DNA of 33,915 nucleotides from an uncultured Eubacteriales bacterium. Lineage in GTDB: Bacteria > Bacillota > Clostridia > Oscillospirales > CAJFTT01. Position numbers and translations under genes: made by a program. The notes below the pieces were generated by a model. It was given only the letters and a program-made list of their open reading frames with translations, was not told where the DNA came from and did no database searches. The DNA lies in the NCBI GenBank assembly GCA_964426175.1, contig CAYRPK010000003.1, positions 1-33,915 of the forward strand, given 5' to 3'. Shown here piece by piece: positions 8,353 through 14,589 of the stretch. Position 1 is the first letter of the stretch. Every line of letters begins with the position of its first letter.

Positions 8353-8462
8353 GACTTTAGCTTCTTTCTTTTTCACAAAAGTATTTTTCTTTTATATTAT
8401 CATAAATCACAAATGATGTATAATATGGGAGACATTTTTTGATGTTATGTCGCTACACAAAC

Positions 8463-8501
8463 AAAGAAACGCAGCCGTTTAGCTGCGTTTCTTTGCTTTT
8501 T
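8463..8501. terminator. Stem-loop terminator next to the endolysin stop (T-tract best on the plus strand)
   Basis: AAAGAAACGCAGC (8463-8475) pairs with GCTGCGTTTCTTT (8482-8494). It is followed by GCTTTTT on the plus strand. On the minus strand the trailing sequence is GTTTGTGT. Confidence 0.6.
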
Positions 8502-9325
8502 CAGGATTTGATTACAGTATCAAAGCCTTGACTTTTAAGCTTTTGGGCAAGCTTTTGCGCATTTGCCTTATTTTTAAATGCACCTGCCTGAACACGGTAG
8601 TATGTACCGTCGAAGCTGACAATAGCATCAAAGCCTTTGCTTTTTAGCTTTTCTGCCAAAGCCAAAGCGTACCTTTCGGTTTTGTATGCTCCTGTCTGAA
8701 CACGGTACAAGGCAGTCGGCGACTGCGCAGTTTCATTTTTTTCGGTAGCTTGGGACTCAGCATTTTCGGAATTGAGCCTCGCGGCAACATCCTTTCTGAA
8801 CCCGTCCATAGTCTTTCCGAAAAGAGGAAACCAATGGTTTACGTCACCGTGATTTGTGGCAATGCCCTTTCTGTAGCCTTCGGCGTGGCAAATAACATTC
8901 TCTGACGAAATACCTGTCTCTTTACACATATATACTGCCATTTCCACTGCGTTTGCGTAACGCTTATTAAAATCGGCAATAATGTCGGCAGACTTTGGAT
9001 TGTACTTTGATGTATCAACCTTATTGTGTGCCGCCGAAGTATAGGCAATATTTTTAGGCTCGCATATTTCAAAGCCTACTGTTATGCCGTTACCCTTGCT
9101 TCCCACATGCCAGCCGCGATAATTTAAAGGTAAAGTCAGATAGCAGCCTGTGTCATCTACCATACCGTGACAGCTTTTTTCTTTAACGGAATTATTCCAG
9201 GAATTAAAAAGACTGTCCTTTGAACTGAAGCCGCAGCCTGTGGAATGGACGATAATGTATTGGGGGGTAATGATTTTTTTGCGAGTGGTATATGTTTTGT
9301 TCTTTGTAAGATATTTTTCTACCAT
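8501..9325 (-). CDS. Phage endolysin: N-acetylmuramoyl-L-alanine amidase (Amidase_2/PGRP type) with a C-terminal SPOR domain
   Basis: The 274-aa ORF has a catalytic part with IIVHSTG..., GWHVG and CHAEGYRKGIATNHGDVNHWF. The C-terminus has two ~36-aa half-repeats, YRVQTGAYK...KGFDAIV and YYRVQAGAFK...QGFDTVI, typical of SPOR. It follows the holin genes. Confidence 0.9.
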   Translation of the reverse strand: MVEKYLTKNKTYTTRKKIITPQYIIVHSTGCGFSSKDSLFNSWNNSVKEKSCHGMVDDTGCYLTLPLNYRGWHVGSKGNGITVGFEICEPKNIAYTSAAHNKVDTSKYNPKSADIIADFNKRYANAVEMAVYMCKETGISSENVICHAEGYRKGIATNHGDVNHWFPLFGKTMDGFRKDVAARLNSENAESQATEKNETAQSPTALYRVQTGAYKTERYALALAEKLKSKGFDAIVSFDGTYYRVQAGAFKNKANAQKLAQKLKSQGFDTVIKS

Positions 9326-9340
9326 ATAAATTTTCCTTTC

Positions 9341-9577
9341 TTAGCTATAATATTGGATTTCTTCCTCACTGTCATCTTGGGGTAAATTCATAAGCGCTGC
9401 AACGCCTGCCGAAAGAGCAAGTCCGCCCAAGGTAAAAACGGCGGTGCGGAGCAAGCTTTCATCTCCGCTGACCAAATCACCGATGTAGATGCTGAGATTT
9501 GCCGCAAGTGCGCCTAATGCCGCCTGAAAAAAGGTGCGCAAGGCACGACGCAGACATTCTTTGGTTTGATTTTTCAT
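9341..9577 (-). CDS. Phage holin (two hydrophobic segments, charged C-terminus)
   Basis: 78-aa ORF with RRALRTFFQAALGALAANL and TAVFTLGGLALSAGVAALM segments and an acidic tail DDSEEE. It lies immediately upstream of the endolysin. Confidence 0.7.
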   Translation of the reverse strand: MKNQTKECLRRALRTFFQAALGALAANLSIYIGDLVSGDESLLRTAVFTLGGLALSAGVAALMNLPQDDSEEEIQYYS

Positions 9578-9597
9578 ACAAATATTCCTTTCTTTAG

Positions 9598-9828
9598 CTA
9601 ATTATTGTTAATAATACTTTCTTCTACCGTATCAAGACGGTGATCAATGCTTTTTATCTGCTGTTCCATCACGGGAAGTCGCAGAGCAAAGTTGTTATGC
9701 TTGTCAACTTTTATTTCCAGCTGTTCTATACGGTAATTTGTCAGCTTACTTGAGGTCAGAATTCCTCCTAAGGTACCAAGTGCAGTTCCAGCAAAAGAAA
9801 CAAGCGCAATAAATATCGCTTCGCTCAA
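9598..9828 (-). CDS. Holin-like membrane protein with BhlA/UviB-type architecture (N-terminal TM plus C-terminal coiled coil)
   Basis: 76-aa ORF with an N-terminal hydrophobic helix AIFIALVSFAGTALGTLGGIL followed by a heptad-like segment IEQLEIKVDKHNN...MEQQIKSIDHRLDTVEE. The call is supported by its position in the lysis cassette. The family assignment rests on architecture only. Confidence 0.5.
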   Translation of the reverse strand: MSEAIFIALVSFAGTALGTLGGILTSSKLTNYRIEQLEIKVDKHNNFALRLPVMEQQIKSIDHRLDTVEESIINNN

Positions 9829-9843
9829 ATTTTACATCCTCCT

Positions 9844-10461
9844 TTACCAAACTATCCAGCTGTAAGTCATACCGCCCGCCAAAGGTGCATTCTCGGGAGG
9901 TGTTACGGTAAATCCAGACGTCGTCACAGAGGTAAAGCATCCGTTTCCCGAAACAGAAGTACTTTCATATGTAATATCTGCAAAAAGTCCTGTAGTGTTG
10001 AACATTTTTGTAACGTTTGAGGCAATCGCCGTAAAGTTGTACCCTGCTACTGAATTTTCGCAACTGAAACGTGTCAGAGATGTCGTAACGGTATCGGGAG
10101 ATACCGTATTTACGGTAACCGCAAAAACAATATTTTGGGGAACACGTCCGAGACTGTGCTTTACCGTATATTGAGTCGTGTTTTGCGAAAGAGTAACGCT
10201 GCCGCAAGCGAAGGTCTTATTAAGCAGCTTGGCAGGATTAACCAAAACAGATGAAAGACCGTCGTAGCCTGCGTCCGCACTGATAATTTGTATTTTGTCT
10301 GTGGGCTCTGCAACCTTTTGCTGAAGCGCAGGAGAAGTTTTGATAGCTGTAATTTCATCGGCAAGAGAAAGTGCTGCAATCGGCTCTGATTTGCCGGTTT
10401 TACCGCGAACGGCATCGGCAATATCTGTAATAAACGAGGTAAGAGTTGTTTTGCTCATCAA
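9844..10461 (-). CDS. Phage tail-tip associated protein, function unknown
   Basis: 205-aa ORF. The N-terminal motif LTSFITDIADAVRGKTGKSEPIAALSLADEI recurs in Firmicutes prophage tail-fibre neighbourhoods as I recall. The start is either TTG 10461 or ATG 10458, both behind AGGAGG, and it overlaps the stop of the upstream gene. Confidence 0.55.
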   Translation of the reverse strand: MMSKTTLTSFITDIADAVRGKTGKSEPIAALSLADEITAIKTSPALQQKVAEPTDKIQIISADAGYDGLSSVLVNPAKLLNKTFACGSVTLSQNTTQYTVKHSLGRVPQNIVFAVTVNTVSPDTVTTSLTRFSCENSVAGYNFTAIASNVTKMFNTTGLFADITYESTSVSGNGCFTSVTTSGFTVTPPENAPLAGGMTYSWIVW

Positions 10462-12632
10462 TAGCTTCCTCCTAAAACATCAACTATAACCGAATCTACA
10501 TATCTCTTTATATCCGATTTAAATGAAAGATATCCTATTCCGTCGGGACAAAGCACCGTCATTGTGGGATAGAGCGTAGAAAGCTCGGTTTGTACGACCG
10601 CAGGCGAGCTTGTATAGGCGGCTAAAGCATAGCGTACCTGAACGCTATGCTGACTGAGCCAGCTGTTCCATGCATCTACGGTTTTGACAGACGAATCCTC
10701 ATGCACAAGGCACAGGGATTTGCCGTCATCGGAAATATAACAAATACCGTAGCCGTCACCCATGCTCGCTTTAAAATGAGAGCATATGATGCCCGTTGAA
10801 AACAGGAATTTTTTTGCCTTTGAAGCCAGCGTAATCAGCGCTACGGTGCGTCCTGTTGAATCTGTATTTACAGCTGTGACCTTTGCCCCCTCTGAAGTAC
10901 CGTCTAAAGTAAGGCTGCGTATACGATGTACCGTACGGTTTTTATCAATACTGTCGCAGTAAAAATATCTGTCACCCCATTTTACGGTATAGTCGTCACT
11001 CTGGGTTACCTCTATGCCGCAGAGCGTTCCGTCATAACTGACACTTTGGATAGTATTTGGACTTGAATAGGCAGTCACCTTGCCACCGTGTTCAAGCTGA
11101 GGATATACCGTCATATCGACTGTTGCTTCGGAACATACACACAGATTAAATGAGTTAACGGTAACAGTACTGTCAAAGGTTTTTACTGTAGGTTCAGTTA
11201 TAATAAGGCTATCTCCTTCTTGTGTAATAATCTCATAATAATAGGTAAATTCTCCACCCTCCGAAATACCGCTGAAAGCATAGGTTCCTTCAGGTAAAAT
11301 CAAGGGTGCGGAAATGAGCGGAAATACAGACGCTGTGCCCTCCTCGGCTGTACTTGTGCCGCTCAACGCTATTCCGCCCTTTGATGTAACCGTAAATGAG
11401 ATTCCTTTATCAGTCAAAGTCTGCCATGTGTTTTCAAGGATATTTTTGCCGGATACCCTTATTTGAGCAGAATATGTGTCGGTAATTTCCTTGGCAGAGC
11501 TCGGAGATGGCGAGCTTTCCTGCGTGCTTAATCCGTAAAAAGCATAAAACATACTGTCAGCTTGCCTGCGTGTTGCTGTTGACTTCATGATTTTACCCGA
11601 CAGTTCCTCTGTAATGTCAAAATCCAGAAGTTCAGCTAAGGAATTGGATATATGAGTTGGTAAAACAGACTGTGCGGCAATTTTATTTGAAGTTACAGCA
11701 GAATCTGACAGCTTGCTTTCGGTTACCGCACCGTCTGTTAAATGATAGTATCTCACCGAAGACGGGGCTAAATTATCACTTTGCACCACAGAGGACTTAA
11801 GTGCAGTGCTTTGAGAATATTCCTCGTATCCGCTGACCGAATGAGAAATATCGGTGCGTTCTACCTGAAACTGATTTGAATATTCGGTACTTACGCAAAC
11901 CCTTATGTATGCAATAGTGTCATTCATAACCGCAAAGGAATAAACCGCTTTTTTTGTAAGATTCTGCAAATAATTAAAGTTTTTGTCATAAGCCGCATAA
12001 ATACACGGGGCGTTCCAGCGCACCCCGTCTAATGTGTAGGTGGATAAAAAGCTCATTCCCTTTGATACCGCAATAAATGCAGATAGGAAGGTAGATGAGC
12101 TCATACATACAGCTCCTGTTTCATAATCCAACAGCTGCTCAGTGGCAAGACTTTTATCGAAGAGGTTTTTCCCTACTGTTATATCAGCAATACCGCTAAG
12201 GCTTGCCTTTATCTTCTCAACAGAGAGAAGCAGTCTGTCATATTCCCCGATAAGCTGTGAATAAATCGACTGAACCTCAAGATCGGTGTCGATATCATCC
12301 ATGACGCGATTTTCAAGCACGGTAATTTCTACCGCGGCGGTAGCTGTAAGCTTGACACCGCTTCCGTTATAAACCGCAAAGTATGCCTCGTATTTTCCCG
12401 ATGTGCCTATTACGACATTAGGAAGAAGAAAAACATTGCCGCTTATTTCCTGCGTAAAAATGACCTCGTCACCTGAATAATAGGATACAATAAGATGCTC
12501 ATCGGATTTTAACGTCACGGAAGAATCAACAAGCACTGCACGGCTGCCGAAATCGTTGGCGTATGCCGTAATGCTCGCCTGTGCCGCAGTTTCGGCTGTA
12601 AAATCCAGAAAAACCGTGGTAGTTTTAATCAT
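10458..12632 (-). CDS. Phage baseplate upper protein (BppU-like) / receptor-binding tail fibre protein
   Basis: The N-terminus of the 724-aa ORF (VFLDF...ITAYANDFGSRAVLV...GKYEAYFAVYNGSG...) resembles the BppU_N Ig-like domain. The central part has AVTESKLSDSAVTSNKIA fibre-type repeats. The distal domain carries VYPQLEHGGKVTAYSSP, a motif common in Firmicutes phage tip proteins. Confidence 0.75.
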   Translation of the reverse strand: MIKTTTVFLDFTAETAAQASITAYANDFGSRAVLVDSSVTLKSDEHLIVSYYSGDEVIFTQEISGNVFLLPNVVIGTSGKYEAYFAVYNGSGVKLTATAAVEITVLENRVMDDIDTDLEVQSIYSQLIGEYDRLLLSVEKIKASLSGIADITVGKNLFDKSLATEQLLDYETGAVCMSSSTFLSAFIAVSKGMSFLSTYTLDGVRWNAPCIYAAYDKNFNYLQNLTKKAVYSFAVMNDTIAYIRVCVSTEYSNQFQVERTDISHSVSGYEEYSQSTALKSSVVQSDNLAPSSVRYYHLTDGAVTESKLSDSAVTSNKIAAQSVLPTHISNSLAELLDFDITEELSGKIMKSTATRRQADSMFYAFYGLSTQESSPSPSSAKEITDTYSAQIRVSGKNILENTWQTLTDKGISFTVTSKGGIALSGTSTAEEGTASVFPLISAPLILPEGTYAFSGISEGGEFTYYYEIITQEGDSLIITEPTVKTFDSTVTVNSFNLCVCSEATVDMTVYPQLEHGGKVTAYSSPNTIQSVSYDGTLCGIEVTQSDDYTVKWGDRYFYCDSIDKNRTVHRIRSLTLDGTSEGAKVTAVNTDSTGRTVALITLASKAKKFLFSTGIICSHFKASMGDGYGICYISDDGKSLCLVHEDSSVKTVDAWNSWLSQHSVQVRYALAAYTSSPAVVQTELSTLYPTMTVLCPDGIGYLSFKSDIKRYVDSVIVDVLGGSY

Positions 12633-12654
12633 TTTTTAATCATTCCTTTCTTTA

Positions 12655-12701
12655 ATAAAAAAATATCCCCTCATATAAAGGGGATTTTCGGCTGTTTTTT
12701 T
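12655..12701. terminator. Intrinsic-terminator-like stem-loop with flanking A/T runs (bidirectional), ~30 nt upstream of the BppU-like gene in the minus-strand sense
   Basis: ATCCCCT (12665-12671) pairs with AGGGGAT (12679-12685); the loop is CATATAA. An A-run at 12655-12663 becomes a U-run on the minus strand. The T-rich sequence TTTTCGGCTGTTTTTTT follows on the plus strand. Confidence 0.55.
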
Positions 12702-12735
12702 ACACTTTTACGTAAACATCCTTGAAAATTTTTTG
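12661..12735. repeat. Copy 2 of the 75-nt hairpin-plus-box element (partner at 2927-3001)
   Basis: See copy 1: 55/75 identical by hand, ungapped, same orientation. The TTTAC...GTAAA inverted repeat lies at 12699-12716. Confidence 0.6.
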
Positions 12736-12749
12736 TTAATGTGTATAAT
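12722..12749 (+). promoter_or_regulatory. Sigma-A-type promoter for the 156-aa membrane protein gene
   Basis: TTGAAA (12722-12727), a 16-nt spacer, then TATAAT (12744-12749). It lies 30 nt upstream of the ATG at 12779, which is preceded by GAAAGGAAG. Confidence 0.55.
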
Positions 12750-12778
12750 TAATGTAAAATACGAAAGGAAGCACAGTT

Positions 12779-13249
12779 ATGAAGTCTGTTGGATTTAAAC
12801 TTAAAAATGAAAGTAACGCTATTAGAAAAATACGACTGGTTTTTTATATAATTGCTGTCATATATCTTGTATTCGATATATTTTTCTCCTTGGGTCTCTA
12901 TTTGATTTTACCCGGAGCATTGCAGATTTACACTATCCCCATGCTGATTTTCTGCGGATGCGTGTTGCTCAGCATCATATTTGTCCGACTTAGGCTGTAT
13001 ATCACCTCCACTGCCCTTTTGACAGTATCAACAGTGGGTACGCTGTGTATTGGCTTTATGCTGAGAAATCCCACCGTTTTAGACAGTGGAATGACCTTTG
13101 ATGCAATTTCAAAGGAAATGCTGATGTTTAATTTTCTCCCTGTCATAGTTCCGTTTGTAGCAATGCTCGTGTTGCTCTTCCCTGCACTTTCTGCCCGACA
13201 TGCTCAGCGTCTCGACGAAGAATTGACCTATGAGCCTCAATTTAAATAA
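12779..13249 (+). CDS. Small integral membrane protein (about 4 TM), unknown function
   Basis: 156-aa ORF with four long hydrophobic segments, its own promoter and an SD. I recognise no motif. Confidence 0.6.
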   Translation: MKSVGFKLKNESNAIRKIRLVFYIIAVIYLVFDIFFSLGLYLILPGALQIYTIPMLIFCGCVLLSIIFVRLRLYITSTALLTVSTVGTLCIGFMLRNPTVLDSGMTFDAISKEMLMFNFLPVIVPFVAMLVLLFPALSARHAQRLDEELTYEPQFK

Positions 13250-13266
13250 AATTTACCGAAAGAGAT

Positions 13267-13773
13267 GTGAAAATTTTGATTCTTAATATAGTGCTTGTCG
13301 AACCGGAAATCCCTCAAAATACCGGTAATATCGCCCGTACCTGTGCCGCTACAGGTGCGAGGCTTCATATAATCCGACCCATGGGCTTTGTAATCGACGA
13401 CAAAAAATTAAAGCGCGCAGGGCTTGACTATTGGTGGCTTTTGGATATTACCTATTACGACGGTCTTTCTGACTTTTTTGCAAAAAATCAAGATGCTGAC
13501 TGCTACTTTTTTTCAACAAAAGCAAAGCGCATCTATACCGATGTAAATTATGAGGATAACTGCTATCTCTTTTTCGGCAAAGAAACAAAGGGACTTCCCG
13601 AACAGCTTTTGCACGATAACTATAAAAATACCGTTCGCATCCCTATGATAGGCGATGCGCGGAGCCTTAACCTGTCAAACAGCGTAGCGATAGGCGTATA
13701 TGAGGTTTTACGGCAATGGAATTTCCCTGCTCTGCAAAATTTCGGTCAGCTTCGCGATTTTGATGATGTATAA
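13267..13773 (+). CDS. trmL: tRNA (cytidine/uridine-2'-O)-methyltransferase TrmL (SpoU/TrmH family)
   Basis: 168-aa ORF. LNIVLVEPEIPQNTGNIARTCAATG closely parallels the E. coli TrmL N-terminus as I recall it. The C-terminal SLNLSNSVAIGVYE is the knot motif. The start is GTG 13267 or TTG 13276. Confidence 0.88.
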   Translation: MKILILNIVLVEPEIPQNTGNIARTCAATGARLHIIRPMGFVIDDKKLKRAGLDYWWLLDITYYDGLSDFFAKNQDADCYFFSTKAKRIYTDVNYEDNCYLFFGKETKGLPEQLLHDNYKNTVRIPMIGDARSLNLSNSVAIGVYEVLRQWNFPALQNFGQLRDFDDV

Positions 13774-13785
13774 GGAGGGAATTTT

Positions 13786-14499
13786 TTGATAGATAAAAAT
13801 TATCTTGTTTCTGCCGCAAAGGAATGCGGATTGGAAATTGACAGCGTTACGGCACAAAAATTTGATACATATGCCGAAATGCTGGTGGAATTTAATAAAA
13901 GCATTAATTTAACAAGCATTACAGAGCCTTTTGATATCGTAACAAAGCATTTTCTTGATTGTATATCTCCTACTGTTATGCTGAATATTCCGCAATTTGC
14001 AAAGATAATAGACGTGGGTACGGGAGCAGGCTTTCCCGGCATACCTTTAAAGCTTGTCCGCGAGGATTTGAATTTAACTCTCCTTGATTCGCTTGATAAG
14101 CGGCTTAAGGTGCTTAAAAGCATAACGGCAGAAATCGGTATTTCTGCAGAATTTGTTCATTCAAGAGCGGAGGAAGCATCACGGCAAAAAGCACACCGCG
14201 AAAAATATGACATTGCTGTAAGCCGAGCTGTTGCAAGACTTGATAAGCTTTGCGAATATTGCTTACCTTATGTAAAAGTAGGCGGTATGTTCTATGCCTT
14301 TAAAGGTCCTTTGGCAAAAGAAGAGCTGTATGAGGCAGAGAATGCAATAAAGCTTTTAGGAGGACAGTGCGAAGAAATTATACAATATTCAATTTTCGGC
14401 ACAGATTTAACTCACTGTATAGTCGCCGTAAAAAAACGTTCTGCTACTCCGGCTAAATATCCGCGTCAATCTGCAAAAATTGCACAAAAGCCGCTATGA
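13786..14499 (+). CDS. rsmG: 16S rRNA (guanine527-N7)-methyltransferase RsmG (GidB)
   Basis: 237-aa ORF with a TTG start behind AAGGAGGG. It has NLTSITEPFDIVTKHFLDC and the SAM motif IIDVGTGAGFPGIPLK, followed by VSRAVA. Confidence 0.9.
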   Translation: MIDKNYLVSAAKECGLEIDSVTAQKFDTYAEMLVEFNKSINLTSITEPFDIVTKHFLDCISPTVMLNIPQFAKIIDVGTGAGFPGIPLKLVREDLNLTLLDSLDKRLKVLKSITAEIGISAEFVHSRAEEASRQKAHREKYDIAVSRAVARLDKLCEYCLPYVKVGGMFYAFKGPLAKEELYEAENAIKLLGGQCEEIIQYSIFGTDLTHCIVAVKKRSATPAKYPRQSAKIAQKPL

Positions 14500-14519
14500 T
14501 GTATTGGTGATTTTATTCA

Positions 14520-14548
14520 TTGACAAAGGTGCTGTAACTGTTTATAAT
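14520..14548 (+). promoter_or_regulatory. Consensus sigma-A promoter
   Basis: TTGACA (14520-14525), a 17-nt spacer, then TATAAT (14543-14548). It lies 41 nt upstream of the ATG at 14590. Confidence 0.7.
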
Positions 14549-14589
14549 GGTTTATACAGCGTTTTACAAAAAAGAAAGGAACGTTTTTT

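Larger units (their letters stand above)
1..12735 (-). mobile_element. Phage-derived region (rearranged/defective prophage, or two remnants) with embedded plus-strand cargo
   Basis: Packaging genes (1-2905) and tail-tip plus lysis genes (8501-12632) are all on the minus strand, each block preceded by a copy of a 75-nt element. No integrase, att site or tRNA is seen in the window. The left end runs off the window. The right boundary is inferred from the switch to housekeeping genes (trmL, rsmG). Confidence 0.6.

Noticed and set aside
7828-8376. 182-aa minus-strand ORF from the track, taken as one gene
   Set aside because: Only the first ~53 residues from ATG 8352 look like a real (XRE HTH) protein. 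The remainder is antisense to the permease 3-prime end and has non-protein-like composition. I treat it as a truncated gene with a chance read-through.
8442-8531. 29-codon plus-strand ORF (MLCRYTNKETQPF...) behind a GGGAGA SD-like sequence
   Set aside because: It would be translated straight through the terminator hairpin and into the antisense of the endolysin. It has no hydrophobic or toxin-like character. It is probably a chance ORF.
8519-8707. Tandem DNA periodicity of 108 nt (atcaaagcc...gaacacggta occurs twice)
   Set aside because: It is explained by the two 36-aa half-repeats of the SPOR domain of the endolysin. It is not a non-coding repeat or array.
10458-12632. Diversity-generating retroelement target in the tail fibre gene
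   Set aside because: There is no reverse transcriptase gene in the window. I could not see a template/variable repeat pair (an adenine-mismatched duplicate of the 3-prime end) by eye.
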